From an uncultured Thermodesulfobacteriota bacterium (GTDB taxonomy: Bacteria > Desulfobacterota > WTBG01): DNA of 46,457 bases. The notes beneath the pieces are model-generated. The model ran no database searches, was not told where the DNA came from, and saw only the letters and a program-made list of their open reading frames with translations. Made by a program: the position numbers and the translations under genes. Positions 25,915-35,553 of this stretch are shown here, piece by piece (positions within the stretch are counted from its first letter, which is position 1; each line of letters begins with the position of its first letter). The stretch is taken from the NCBI GenBank assembly GCA_964632275.1, contig CAZWCD010000001.1, positions 28,721 to 75,177 on the forward strand, read 5' to 3'.

Positions 25915-28900
25915 GGGTTGCTTCCCGCTTCCGAAGGCAGCAATGCCTCCTCCAGCACCCGTTCGAGAAACGCGTGGTTGCGGAACGGGCTGTCGGCGGC
26001 ATTCGAGGGGCAGACCGAAATGCAGTTGCCGCACCCTTTACACAGGGCGTCATCCACCGATGCCACCCAGCCGCCCACGCCGTTTTGTTTATAGCTTATG
26101 GCCTGATACGGGCAGTACCTGCTGCACCTGCCGCAGCCGCGGCAGATGCTCTCGTCCACCACCACGGTGAACCCGCGGCTCGATCGCGGACCCTGGGGCA
26201 TGCTCGCGGCGGCAAGCGCTGCCGCGGCGGCGCCGCGTTCGCGGTCGGACACCCTGATGCCCGCCGGATCGGCGATGTACAGTCCCGACACCGATGTCGT
26301 GCCCGGATACATGAACGGAACGCCCACGCGGCCCGCCTGCTGCATCGATGAAATGATGTCGCGCCCGGGCAGCTCGGCCTGGTAGATATGCTTTATCTCT
26401 TCAGCGGCCTTCGCGCTCATGATGACCGCTCCCGCCTGAATAAACTGATCGGCGCCGGCCCCATCCTGAAACAGCACCTGAAAATCCCCGAGCATGCCGC
26501 GCACGCCGGTTACCCGCGCGGCGCTGAAGCAGTGTATGCCGGGATGCCCGGCGGCATCCCCGTCTTCCGCCCGGTTGAACCAGAAGACCTCGTACCCCAT
26601 CTGCGCGAGCACCTGGGCGCTGTGCGCCGCGGCTTCGGAGCTGCCGATGACGGCGGTGGTAAAGTTGTAGTTTCGCGCCGGAGAGGGCAGCGGCTTTAAC
26701 ATCAGCGCCCGTTCAATGGAGCTGTCGATCAGCTCCCGGAAGCGGGCGAGCGCCCGCTCCGGATGCATGCGCGCCAGCCGCAGCACTTCGCCGCGCAGGT
26801 TGCACATTTCAACCATGGACCGGCTCACGCCGGTTCCGGTAAAGAGCGCGGCCTTGAGGCGGCTGCGCTGGTCGGTGCAGGAGCTGCAGACAAAATTGAG
26901 CGAGCAGCATGCGCATGAGGCAAGCACGACCCTGGTTATCCCCTTTTCCCGGATGGAGCGCAGAATGGCGGCAGCTCCTTCATCAATGCACGCGGCGGTG
27001 ACGCTTTCGGCGTGCACGATCCCCTCCCGCCGGGGCAGCTCATTAATAGAGGCGGTCATCTCCTCAAGCCAGCCGAGTGCGTCGTTGCAGCGGCAGGCAA
27101 AGACGCCGATGCGCATGTCGGATGACAGCGCCGGGCCGGGAGGTGAAAATGAAACGCTGTGCCCCTTGGACCGCTGCGGGCTTCCGCCCAGGATCATCAT
27201 CGCCCGTGAGGCGGCGGCAAAACCGCGCACCACCAGGGAAAGGGTGTCCGACCCCGCGCTTTTGGTATCGTAGGCCCTGATGACGTCTTCTCCGGATATG
27301 CGATGGCCCGCGGCGGGATCGGCGATAATCACCACCCCGGCATTTTCAACGACTTCACGGGCGGGCTCATCGTGGGTAATTGCGCCGATCTGCGAGCAGG
27401 CGGCGGCGCACTGCAGGCACTGTGAACAGATGCCGCACTGCAGGCACCGCTCCGCTTCCCGCGCGGCCTGGTCGGCGCTCAGCCCCTGAGCCACTTCACG
27501 AAAAGTCGTGCGCCTCGCTTCGGGATGCAGAACCGCCATTTCCTCGCGGGTAAGCCGCGGCGCAGCGGCGGGAATGGGCTGATAATCCCTTTCATCCGGC
27601 CTTTGCGGCGGCGGGGGCAGGAAGTCCTTCTTGAAAACCGTCTGCAGAATCGAGCGCGCTGCATTCCGTCCCGAGGCCATGGCCTCAACCACCGATGTCG
27701 GTCCGGTAACCGCATCCCCTCCAGCCATGATGCGGTTCAGACCGGTTTTCATCCGCTCATCGATTACCAGGTAGCCCTGCCGGTTTACCTGCAGCCCGGC
27801 GCCCGCCGTGGGCGTAAGCGGACCGGCCTGGCCGATGGCGACATAGGCCCGGTCAAATGAAAGCACCTGCTGCGTGCCCGCGGGATCGGTAACCGGCCAG
27901 GCAATGCCGTTTGCATCGGGCGGACCGGGGATGGTTGGAACGCAGCAGATCTGTTCAAGCGCGCTCCCTCCTCCCTTGAATGCGACCACGCGCAGTTTAT
28001 CCCGGATGGTGACGCCCTCCGCGATGGCATCGGACACCTCTTCAGGATCGGCGGGAATGGCGTCCCGCGCAAACCAGGACAGCACGGTTACCGCGGCGCC
28101 GAGCCGCACCAGGGCGCGGGCCAGATCGAAGGCGCTGTTGCCGTCTCCGATGACCGCAACCCTGCCCTGCACCTCGCTGATCTCGCCGCGGTACAGCCGG
28201 TTCAGCGCGGCAAGGCAGCCGTCAACCCCCTGCAGATCCTCACCGGGCACGCCCAGCTTCCGGTCGAGCCAGCTGCCCGTGGCCAGGACGAGGAAAGCGA
28301 ACTTTTTCAGCAGACCGTCAAGCCCGAGGGAAAGGTCAACCGGATGACCGGTCACCAGCTGTACGCCGAGGTCCTGTATGTAGCGCAGGTCCTGATCGAG
28401 AATGTCGTCCGGCAGCCGGTACCGTCCGATGCCATAGCGCAGCAGGCCGCCCGCGAGCGTTTCCTTTTCATACACCGTTACCTCGCAGCCGTTCCGGGCG
28501 AGCTCCGCGGCGGCGGCGAGTCCGGCGGGACCCGAGCCGACCACGGCGACTTCTGTTTTTGGCGAAGTAACCGGGGCCGGTCGGTCCGCGGCGGCGCCAT
28601 TGGTTACCGCCGCGCTGTCGGTGACAAAGCGCTTGAGCGTGCGAATCGCAACCGGCGCATCAATGTCGGAGCGCCGGCATGCCGCCTCGCAGGGATGGGT
28701 GCAGATGCGCCCGCAAATGCCGGGCAGCACGTTTTCCCGGCGGATCATCTCAAGCGCCTCGGCGTATTTGCCCGCCTGCACCAGCGCGATGTAGCCCTGC
28801 GCGTTCACGCCCAAGGGACAGCGCTCCTGACAGGGGGGCGTCTTGGCTTTTTCAATCCGCGCCCGGCCGGGAATACTCCGGCGGCTTGCAATGCGTATCG

Positions 28901-29291
28901 CTTTTTTCCCGTCGGGCAGGTTGACCGGACACGCTTCAAGACACCTGCCGCAGAGCGTGCATTTTTCGGGATCGACGAAGGTCTGCTGCGGGGTGATGCG
29001 CACGGTGAATCCCTGGGTGCTGTGCTTGATGGAGTTGACCGTGGCCGGCATAAAAAGCCTGATGCCGGGATTACGCAGAATACGGATCAGCCCGGGGCGG
29101 TGGGCGAAATTGAAGCGCACCCCCGAGGCAAGGCGCCACTCGTCGCGATAAAATTTCTCGTTCAGATCCGGCTCGCCGTCAACCAGGGCGACCGGCACGC
29201 CCAGCTCGCCGAGCTTGTTGGCCGCGGCGATGCCTGCCGGGGTTGCACCCAGAATCATGACCCGCTGCAGCCTGCTTTTTTTACGACTCAT
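25911..29291 (-). CDS. HdrL-like multidomain flavo-Fe-S oxidoreductase (HdrA-like + GltD/NfnB-like NAD(P)H domain + ferredoxin domains)
   Basis: 1126 aa. 'VMILGATPAGIAAANKL'. The GltD-type segment is 'CQERCPLGVNAQGYI...LPGICGRICTHPCEAACRR' plus 'VAVVGSGPAGLAAAAELA'. Also 'CLQCGICSQCLQC', 'RIGVFACRCNDALGW', and C-terminal 'CRGCGRCSRYCP' and 'CKGCGNCISVCP'. Its start forms an ATGA overlap with the upstream gamma-subunit gene. Confidence 0.8.
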   Translation of the reverse strand: MSRKKSRLQRVMILGATPAGIAAANKLGELGVPVALVDGEPDLNEKFYRDEWRLASGVRFNFAHRPGLIRILRNPGIRLFMPATVNSIKHSTQGFTVRITPQQTFVDPEKCTLCGRCLEACPVNLPDGKKAIRIASRRSIPGRARIEKAKTPPCQERCPLGVNAQGYIALVQAGKYAEALEMIRRENVLPGICGRICTHPCEAACRRSDIDAPVAIRTLKRFVTDSAAVTNGAAADRPAPVTSPKTEVAVVGSGPAGLAAAAELARNGCEVTVYEKETLAGGLLRYGIGRYRLPDDILDQDLRYIQDLGVQLVTGHPVDLSLGLDGLLKKFAFLVLATGSWLDRKLGVPGEDLQGVDGCLAALNRLYRGEISEVQGRVAVIGDGNSAFDLARALVRLGAAVTVLSWFARDAIPADPEEVSDAIAEGVTIRDKLRVVAFKGGGSALEQICCVPTIPGPPDANGIAWPVTDPAGTQQVLSFDRAYVAIGQAGPLTPTAGAGLQVNRQGYLVIDERMKTGLNRIMAGGDAVTGPTSVVEAMASGRNAARSILQTVFKKDFLPPPPQRPDERDYQPIPAAAPRLTREEMAVLHPEARRTTFREVAQGLSADQAAREAERCLQCGICSQCLQCAAACSQIGAITHDEPAREVVENAGVVIIADPAAGHRISGEDVIRAYDTKSAGSDTLSLVVRGFAAASRAMMILGGSPQRSKGHSVSFSPPGPALSSDMRIGVFACRCNDALGWLEEMTASINELPRREGIVHAESVTAACIDEGAAAILRSIREKGITRVVLASCACCSLNFVCSSCTDQRSRLKAALFTGTGVSRSMVEMCNLRGEVLRLARMHPERALARFRELIDSSIERALMLKPLPSPARNYNFTTAVIGSSEAAAHSAQVLAQMGYEVFWFNRAEDGDAAGHPGIHCFSAARVTGVRGMLGDFQVLFQDGAGADQFIQAGAVIMSAKAAEEIKHIYQAELPGRDIISSMQQAGRVGVPFMYPGTTSVSGLYIADPAGIRVSDRERGAAAAALAAASMPQGPRSSRGFTVVVDESICRGCGRCSRYCPYQAISYKQNGVGGWVASVDDALCKGCGNCISVCPSNAADSPFRNHAFLERVLEEALLPSEAGSNP

Positions 29292-29884
29292 GCCGTCTTC
29301 CCCGTCTTGTCGCCCGCTTTTTTATCGCGGGTCTTCATCGTGGCGACGCCGTAATCCCATCCCCGGGTAAAGGCCTTGCGGTTCAGCTCTTCCGTTCCCC
29401 GGGGGACCATGGATGTCACCGCATCCTCGGCCGCCTTCCGGGAAATGGCCTTGGCAACCGAGGCAAAAAAACCGAGCATGACGATATTGGCAATCATGGT
29501 GCGGCCCATCTCCTCGGCCATGCGTGTCGCGGGGATGCCGTAGCACTCCAGCCCGCAGTCGCCGGGCCGGACCAGGTCCTGTTCGATCAACAGCAGCGTG
29601 TCGCTTTTTGCCGACCCCGCGAATTTTTCAAACCCGCTCTGCGACATGGCGACAAGAATGTCAGGCCGCCGCACATAGGGATAGCGAATCGGGTCCGGCG
29701 AGACGATGACCTGCGCGCTGCAGAACCCGCCTCGCGACTCCGGCCCGTATGACTGCACCATGGTGCTTTCCCGGTGGTCGCCGATGGCTGCCGCCCGGCC
29801 GACAATGCTGCCGATGAGCACAATGCCCTGCCCGCCGAATCCGGTAAAAACAATTTCTCTTTTTTCCAACCGCGCTGCTGTCAT
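29288..29884 (-). CDS. 2-oxoacid:ferredoxin oxidoreductase, gamma subunit
   Basis: 198 aa. 'IVFTGFGGQGIVLIGSIVGRAA' is typical of the Por/Kor gamma family. Confidence 0.85.
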   Translation of the reverse strand: MTAARLEKREIVFTGFGGQGIVLIGSIVGRAAAIGDHRESTMVQSYGPESRGGFCSAQVIVSPDPIRYPYVRRPDILVAMSQSGFEKFAGSAKSDTLLLIEQDLVRPGDCGLECYGIPATRMAEEMGRTMIANIVMLGFFASVAKAISRKAAEDAVTSMVPRGTEELNRKAFTRGWDYGVATMKTRDKKAGDKTGKTA

Positions 29885-29959
29885 GACCGATTACCTGAGC
29901 GATACATGTTTGCTTGCTGCTTACAATGCCTTCGAGTTGTTGAAAGCAACCTGCGCAGG

Positions 29960-30799
29960 CTATTCCTTGCGGTACAGCCGGTCATACATATCCTGCCAGG
30001 TGGGTCGATCCTCGTCGATGAAGGTGCCCAGCACGATGCCTTTCTTCATATCCAGGGTCGCATCCGCGGGACTGATGCCGTTTTTGATCAGGGTGCGGTT
30101 CTGGTAAATGGCCAGGGTGTCAAGCGGCTTTTCCTTGTTTCTGCGGCCGTAGTTCACCGGGCAGGGGGAAAGCACTTCGATAAAGGAGAACCCCTTGCGC
30201 TGCAGGCAGCGCACGATCGATTCCTTGATGTCGCGGGTGTGCAGGATGGTCCAGCGCGCGACATAGGTGGCCCCGGACGCCCAGGCAAGCAACGGCAGGT
30301 TGAAGGGAGACTCCGGGTTGCCCGAGGGCGTGGTGGTGGTCCGCGCCTGGCTGGGGGTTGTGGCCGCAACCTGCCCGCCGGTCATGCCGTAGTTCAGGTT
30401 GTTGATGCAGATGACGGTCATGTCGATGTTGCGCCGGGCGGCATGAATGAAATGATTGCCGCCGATGGCAAACAGGTCTCCGTCGCCGCTGAAGACAATC
30501 ATGTTGAGCGCGGGATTGGCGACCTTCATGCCGGTGGCAAAGGGGATTGCCCTCCCGTGGGTGGTGTGAAAGGAGTCCATTTTCGCGTAACCGGCGCCGC
30601 GCCCCGAGCAGCCGATGCCGGATACCATCACCGTTTTGTCCACATCAACCCCGCTGGCCTTGATTGCCTGGAGGCATGAGGAAAAGGCGGTCCCGATGCC
30701 GCAACCCGGACACCATATGTGCGGCATGCGATCGGTGCGCAGCAGGTCATCCAGCGGATGCACCATCTCGCGGTTCCGGTTGTCAAGCTTTTCAGCCAT
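29960..30799 (-). CDS. 2-oxoacid:ferredoxin oxidoreductase, beta (TPP-binding) subunit
   Basis: 279 aa. 'WCPGCGIGT', 'SGIGCSGR' and the 'GDGD' TPP-binding region. Overlaps the end of the alpha subunit gene by 8 nt. Confidence 0.9.
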   Translation of the reverse strand: MAEKLDNRNREMVHPLDDLLRTDRMPHIWCPGCGIGTAFSSCLQAIKASGVDVDKTVMVSGIGCSGRGAGYAKMDSFHTTHGRAIPFATGMKVANPALNMIVFSGDGDLFAIGGNHFIHAARRNIDMTVICINNLNYGMTGGQVAATTPSQARTTTTPSGNPESPFNLPLLAWASGATYVARWTILHTRDIKESIVRCLQRKGFSFIEVLSPCPVNYGRRNKEKPLDTLAIYQNRTLIKNGISPADATLDMKKGIVLGTFIDEDRPTWQDMYDRLYRKE

Positions 30800-31952
30800 G
30801 GGGTGAGAAGGCCTCCCGGATGGTTTTCACTGCGTCATCGGGGGAGATGATGGTTCCCCCCGCATGTCCGACCAGAACGGCGGGGACCCTGCCCCCGGCG
30901 CAGCGCTCAACCTCAAGATGCATCTGCCCCAAGTTTATCTCCACCGTCACAAATCCCCTGACCCGCGCGGCCAGCTCCCGTATCTGCTTTTCCGGAAACG
31001 GCCATACCGTGATCAGCCGCAGCATGCCCGCCTTGATGCCTTCGCGCCGCGCATCCTCAACCGCGGCGAACCCGGTGCGCGCCGAGCACCCGTATGAAAT
31101 GATGGCAATCTCGGCATCGTCAAGCATGAATGCCTCGGTGCGGACGATGGCATCAAGGTTGTTCCGGATTTTTCCGGTTATCCGGTTCAGCATGGCCGCG
31201 TGCGCCTCGGCATGCATGGCCGGGTAGCCCTGCTCGTCGTGGGTGAGCCCGGTAATGTGCACACGATAGCCGTCTCCCGCAGCAGGCATGGGGGCGATGC
31301 CCCCCGGCCCGGCCAAAAACGGCCGGAATCGCTCCTTTGATCCTGAAGGCTTTGTGCGAAACGCGGTTTTTATCTTTTTCGCGTCGGGAATGACCACCCG
31401 CTCGCTCATGTGCCCCACGATCTCATCGGTCATCACCAGCACCGGAACGCGGTAGGTTTCGGAGAGATTGAAGGCATCAATGGTTTGGTAAAATATTTCC
31501 TGCGGCGACATGGGGGCCAGCGCGATGATTTCATACGGGCCGTGCGAACCCCACCGCGCCTGCATCATATCGCCCTGGGCGCCGAGCGTCGGGAGGCCGG
31601 TCGAGGGCCCACCCCGCTGCACGTTGACGATGACACAGGGGGTTTCGGTGCAGAGACCGAGCCCCAGGTTTTCCATCATCAGGCTGAAGCCGGGGCCGGA
31701 GGTGGCGGTCATGCTCTTGACCCCTGCCCAGGAACCGCCGAGCACGGCGGCGATGGCGGCGATCTCATCCTCCATCTGGATATAGGTGCCGCCCACCTCG
31801 GGAAGGCGCTCGGCCAGGTGCTCGGCCACTTCAGTTGCCGGAGTGATGGGATAGCCCGCGAAAAATCTGCATCCTGCGGCAACGGCGCCTTCGGCGCAGG
31901 CCTCATCTCCGGTCATAAAGTGCTCGCCGGTAAGCACGGTCTTGTCCGCCAT
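30792..31952 (-). CDS. 2-oxoacid:ferredoxin oxidoreductase, alpha subunit
   Basis: 386 aa. 'GDEACAEGAVAAGCRFFAGYPITPATE...MEDEIAAIAAVLGGSWAG...TSGPGFSLM'. Confidence 0.9.
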   Translation of the reverse strand: MADKTVLTGEHFMTGDEACAEGAVAAGCRFFAGYPITPATEVAEHLAERLPEVGGTYIQMEDEIAAIAAVLGGSWAGVKSMTATSGPGFSLMMENLGLGLCTETPCVIVNVQRGGPSTGLPTLGAQGDMMQARWGSHGPYEIIALAPMSPQEIFYQTIDAFNLSETYRVPVLVMTDEIVGHMSERVVIPDAKKIKTAFRTKPSGSKERFRPFLAGPGGIAPMPAAGDGYRVHITGLTHDEQGYPAMHAEAHAAMLNRITGKIRNNLDAIVRTEAFMLDDAEIAIISYGCSARTGFAAVEDARREGIKAGMLRLITVWPFPEKQIRELAARVRGFVTVEINLGQMHLEVERCAGGRVPAVLVGHAGGTIISPDDAVKTIREAFSPHG

Positions 31953-31961
31953 AATTACCTC

Positions 31962-32309
31962 TTACGCTTGCTCCGGGCGATGGTGTTCGAAAAATGGCGC
32001 CTTGTCATTGGATTCAGGTGCGCGGGTTTTTTCACCGCTGGGATCTTCAATTGAATAGATGGCAAATTCAGGGCAAATAATTTCGCAATAATGACAATTT
32101 ACACATTCATGGGGAAGTGCCGCATGGGGAGGATGATACCCCTTTTTATTGAATTTATCTGAAACCTCAAGCACGTTTTTGGGGCAGAAATTGATGCAGT
32201 ATCCGCACCCCTTGCATCTCTCTTCTAATATAAATACAATACCCCTTTTAACTTCAATGCTTCCAGAATCAAGGGGTACCCTCCAGAAATCCATGGACCC
32301 TTCTCCCAA
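31962..32309 (-). CDS. 2-oxoacid:ferredoxin oxidoreductase, delta (2x[4Fe-4S] ferredoxin) subunit
   Basis: 115 aa (the start could instead be the ATG at 32294). 'CKGCGYCINFCP' and 'CVNCHYCEIICP'. The delta-alpha-beta-gamma order resembles oorDABC-type operons. Confidence 0.85.
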   Translation of the reverse strand: MGEGSMDFWRVPLDSGSIEVKRGIVFILEERCKGCGYCINFCPKNVLEVSDKFNKKGYHPPHAALPHECVNCHYCEIICPEFAIYSIEDPSGEKTRAPESNDKAPFFEHHRPEQA

Positions 32310-32362
32310 AAAATCTAAAGATCATTATTCTGTTCGTGTTGTCGCAGGTTAATTATTCGTCT

Positions 32363-32370
32363 ATTATACA
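32363..32370 (-). promoter_or_regulatory. extended -10 promoter element candidate for the kor-hdr supercluster
   Basis: The minus strand reads TGTATAAT (TGn + TATAAT) about 55 nt upstream of the delta-subunit start, in an AT-rich divergent region. I could not identify a clear -35. Confidence 0.35.
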
Positions 32371-32652
32371 GAAAAAGTCAACCACATTTTTTAAAAGGCT
32401 GACTTTTTGATAATACCCCCCAATTTTTTGCGGGGGGATGAGATTATATATGGATTATGCAATCAAGGAGCATAATAACAAACAGTGTATTGAGGTCAAC
32501 CAATTGCAGGGCGCTGATTTCACAGATGAATGTAGTTTCATTTCATTCTGGTTGGAGGTGAATTGAAATAGCGTCTTGACAGTACGGTGGAAAAGACATA
32601 GAAAGACGGCAAATAGAATGATGTTTCTTAAATATTTCATAGTGAGCCCTTT

Positions 32653-33426
32653 ATGCCTGAGGTGCTGATCGAGAACAAGTGTTGTTACTATGGCTTATCC
32701 TGGCGCGCCCCCGAAAGCGGGCCGGCGGCGGTGTGCATTCACGGCTCCGGCTCGGACGGCATTGTCTGGTCATATCAGCTGAGCCGGTTGAGCAGCCGCT
32801 ACCGGATCATCGTTCCCGACCTGCCCGGTCACGGCAGGTCCGAGGGCCTGCCCCTCGACTCGGTGCCGGCATACGCCGCGTGGCTTGAACAATTCTGTTG
32901 CGCGCTTCATCTGGACACGTTTTTTCTGCTGGGCCATTCCCTCGGCGGTGCGGTTGTCCAGGAATACGCCCGCAGCCATCCGCAGCGGGTTCGGGGCATG
33001 GTGCTGGTTGCAACCGGAACTCGCTTTATGCTGTCACGCAGCTATCAGGAGCAGTGCGAAAGCGGTGTGCGGCCCCGGGATGACGTCGCTGCCGATGGAG
33101 AAAACCAGGCAGGGCCGTTTCAAGAAGGCTACGAACTGCTGCGCAGCCAGTGCAGCAGGGCCTTGCATGAGGACCTGATGGCGGCCGCACGGTTTGACAG
33201 CTCGCAATGGGTCGGCTCGCTTGAAGCCCCGGCGCTGGTTATCTGGGGAAACCGGGATGCGATCACCCGGCAGGGTCTGCCCGAAGAGCTGGCCGGGAAA
33301 CTGCCCCGGGGCCGGCTGCGGGTCATTGAAGGCGCCGGCCACGTGGTCATGATTGATGCGCGAGATGAATTTAACCGGCTGGTTGCTGAGTTCATCGAGC
33401 AGCACCGCACGGCGGCCGGAGCATGA
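32653..33426 (+). CDS. alpha/beta-fold hydrolase (BioH/MenH-like esterase or thioesterase)
   Basis: 257 aa. 'VCIHGSGSDG...VPDLPGHGRSEG', nucleophile elbow 'GHSLGG', and C-terminal 'GAGHVVMID'. Confidence 0.85.
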   Translation: MPEVLIENKCCYYGLSWRAPESGPAAVCIHGSGSDGIVWSYQLSRLSSRYRIIVPDLPGHGRSEGLPLDSVPAYAAWLEQFCCALHLDTFFLLGHSLGGAVVQEYARSHPQRVRGMVLVATGTRFMLSRSYQEQCESGVRPRDDVAADGENQAGPFQEGYELLRSQCSRALHEDLMAAARFDSSQWVGSLEAPALVIWGNRDAITRQGLPEELAGKLPRGRLRVIEGAGHVVMIDARDEFNRLVAEFIEQHRTAAGA

Positions 33427-34097
33427 CGGCACCGGCGACCGATCCCCCGACCATTCAAACCTTATTTCCCGACTGCGTCTCCACCAGTTGCTGCAGGATC
33501 GCGGAAGCGGAGGATACCCTTGATCCCGGGGAGCATGCCGCCATTGCGCATGCGGTTGCCGGGCGCCGGCAGGAGTTCATGGCGGGCAGGCATTGCGCCC
33601 GCCGGGCGCTGCAGCAATTGGGGATCGCCCCCGGCCCCCTGCGCAAACGATCCGATGGCTCCATCGCCTGGCCTGAAGGTATTGTCGGTGCGGTATCCCA
33701 CAGCCACATCTGGTGCGGTGCGGCTGTTGCCCGGAGATCTGACGTCGCCGGTATCGGGCTTGACACGGAAACCATCGCTCGCGTTGGAGAAAAACTCTGG
33801 CGCCGGATCCTGACGCCGGAGGAGCGCAGCTGGATTGCCGGGCAGCCGGCGTCAGAGATGCAGCAATGGGCGGCGCTCGTTTTCAGCGCCAAAGAAGCCC
33901 TCTACAAATGCATAGCAGCGCTTGTTCTGCCAAGAATCGGCTTTATGGACGCCGTCATCGTTCCCGGCCCGCCGTCGCAGTCTTTCACGGTGCGCCTGAA
34001 TGAGCCGGTCGCTGCACAGCTTCCCCGGGGACTGGGCCTGCGGGGCCGTTTCTTCTTTTATACCGGCTCGGTCTTCACCGGACTGGTGCTGGCCTGA
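33423..34097 (+). CDS. 4'-phosphopantetheinyl transferase (Sfp/EntD type)
   Basis: 224 aa. 'WPEGIVGAVSHSH...GIGLDTE' and 'FSAKEALYK' motifs. ATGA start/stop overlap with the hydrolase gene. Confidence 0.8.
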   Translation: MTAPATDPPTIQTLFPDCVSTSCCRIAEAEDTLDPGEHAAIAHAVAGRRQEFMAGRHCARRALQQLGIAPGPLRKRSDGSIAWPEGIVGAVSHSHIWCGAAVARRSDVAGIGLDTETIARVGEKLWRRILTPEERSWIAGQPASEMQQWAALVFSAKEALYKCIAALVLPRIGFMDAVIVPGPPSQSFTVRLNEPVAAQLPRGLGLRGRFFFYTGSVFTGLVLA

Positions 34098-34223
34098 AGC
34101 GCCTGATACGGAGCTTTTCAGTTGACATTTTAAGGCGGCTATTCTAGTGTCGTGTCTTCAAAACTCATCATTATAGACCAGCAATAAACCCGTCGTTGCA
34201 AGAATTGTTTTAAAAGGAGGTAG

Positions 34224-35165
34224 ATGCGAATGGCGAAATGGGCTTTTCTTTTTCCGGGACAGGGTTCGCAGTATGTGGGCATGGGCAAGGATCTCAAGGA
34301 TAATTTCAAAGCAGCCGCGGATGTTTTTGCGGAGGCGAACGAGGCCCTGCATGAAGATCTGGCCAAACTCTGCTTTGAAGGTCCCGAGGACGACCTGAAA
34401 CTGACGCGAAACACCCAGCCGGCGATCCTGACGGTGAGCATTGCGGCGCTGCGCGTTTTGCAGGCCGAGGCGAATCTTACTCCCGCCATGGCGGCGGGAC
34501 ACAGCCTGGGTGAGTACAGCGCGCTGGTTGCCGCCGGGGCGCTGCGGTTTGCCGACGCAGTGGCCATCGTGCGCCAGCGGGGAACGTTCATGCAGGAGGC
34601 GGTTCCGGTCGGCGTGGGCGGCATGGCGGCGGTGCTGGGCATGGAGACCGATCAGCTGGAGCAGATCTGCAACGAGAGCGCCGAGGGCCAGTGCGTGGCG
34701 CCGGCCAATTACAACTGCCCGGGCCAGATTGTCATTTCCGGGCACATGGAGGCGGTCCAGCGGGCTGCGGCAAAGGCTGAAGCCGCGGGCGCCAAAAAAG
34801 TGGTCATGCTGCCGGTCAGCGCACCGTTCCACAGCGCGCTGATGAAGCCGGCCGCCGAGAAGCTGGGCAAGGCGCTTGAATCGATCGCGGTGCAGGAGCT
34901 GAAGACACCGGTGCTGTCAAATGTCGAGGCGGATTTTTATCCCTCATCGAAAGAGGTGAAGCGGCTGCTTACCGAGCAGGTTGACCATCCGGTACGCTGG
35001 ATAGAAGAAATGGAAAAGATGATTCGGGAAGGGGTGGACAATTGCGTTGAGATCGGACCGGGCAAGGTGCTGAACGGCCTGGTGCGCAAGATAAGCCGCG
35101 CAACCAAAATCCAGTCCGTTGAAAACCCTGAGAGCATCAAGGAGTTTGTGGCAGGATTAAAATAG
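34224..35165 (+). CDS. fabD: malonyl-CoA:ACP transacylase
   Basis: 313 aa. 'FLFPGQGSQYVGMG', active-site 'GHSLGEYSAL', and 'VSAPFHSALM'. Confidence 0.9.
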   Translation: MRMAKWAFLFPGQGSQYVGMGKDLKDNFKAAADVFAEANEALHEDLAKLCFEGPEDDLKLTRNTQPAILTVSIAALRVLQAEANLTPAMAAGHSLGEYSALVAAGALRFADAVAIVRQRGTFMQEAVPVGVGGMAAVLGMETDQLEQICNESAEGQCVAPANYNCPGQIVISGHMEAVQRAAAKAEAAGAKKVVMLPVSAPFHSALMKPAAEKLGKALESIAVQELKTPVLSNVEADFYPSSKEVKRLLTEQVDHPVRWIEEMEKMIREGVDNCVEIGPGKVLNGLVRKISRATKIQSVENPESIKEFVAGLK

Positions 35166-35201
35166 AATGCCGCAAAAAAGTGTTCCGCGGCGAGCGCGTG
35201 T

Positions 35202-35234
35202 AAAAAAACCGGCCCCCGAAACGGGGCCGGTTTT
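35202..35234. terminator. bidirectional intrinsic terminator between fabD and the ACP-like gene
   Basis: AAAAAAA-CCGGCCCC-cgaaac-GGGGCCGG-TTTT. The A-run and T-run flank a GC stem between convergent genes. Confidence 0.75.
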
Positions 35235-35257
35235 CTGCGTCAGGATTGTGCGGGGGC

Positions 35258-35503
35258 CTACTGGTCAGCCATCATCTTCACCACCAGGTCAACCGCCTGG
35301 TTAAAGGTCTTGACTTTATCCTGTTCATCCTCGTCAAAAAACAGGGACCACTCGTCTTCACACATGGTGAAAAACTCAAGCCGTCCCGATGAGCTCAGTC
35401 CCTGATCCCGCATTGAGGCGTCCGGGTTTATCTCTGCCACCTTGTTGGCCATGGCCCTTTTGAGGAAGCCCATCATTTTGTCCGCTAGTTCCTGTCGTTC
35501 CAT
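35258..35503 (-). CDS. acyl-carrier-protein-like small acidic protein (putative)
   Basis: 81 aa, acidic. 'DQGLSSSGRLEFF' resembles the D-x-G-x-D-S-L phosphopantetheine attachment region of carrier proteins. Starts 50 nt downstream of the aldehyde dehydrogenase gene. Confidence 0.45.
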   Translation of the reverse strand: MERQELADKMMGFLKRAMANKVAEINPDASMRDQGLSSSGRLEFFTMCEDEWSLFFDEDEQDKVKTFNQAVDLVVKMMADQ

Positions 35504-35553
35504 GGTTGTCTCCTTATCCGTGCGATTTTCGCTCGTACTATAATAATTCTATC

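Noticed and set aside
24337-26034. The 565-aa version of the MvhD-HdrD-like ORF, starting at 26034
   Set aside because: Its first 40 codons overlap the 3' end of the HdrL-like gene by 124 nt and are Arg/Pro/Gly-rich. The ATG at 25914 gives a clean ATGA stop/start junction and an MvhD-like N-terminus.
28344-29354. 336-aa ORF on the plus strand. Similar long plus-strand ORFs occur at 15640..16617 and 25192..26094, and a minus-strand one at 44395..45336.
   Set aside because: All of these are antisense to genes with strong Fe-S, flavin or Cys-repeat motifs. Their compositions are typical of GC-rich shadow frames.
32455-32640. 61-aa ORF (MKYLRNIILFAVFLCLF...) in the kor/hydrolase divergent region
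   Set aside because: It has a plausible RBS and a hydrophobic start. However, it lies in an AT-rich promoter region with composition unlike the surrounding genes, and it has no recognisable motif. The evidence is too weak to call it a gene.
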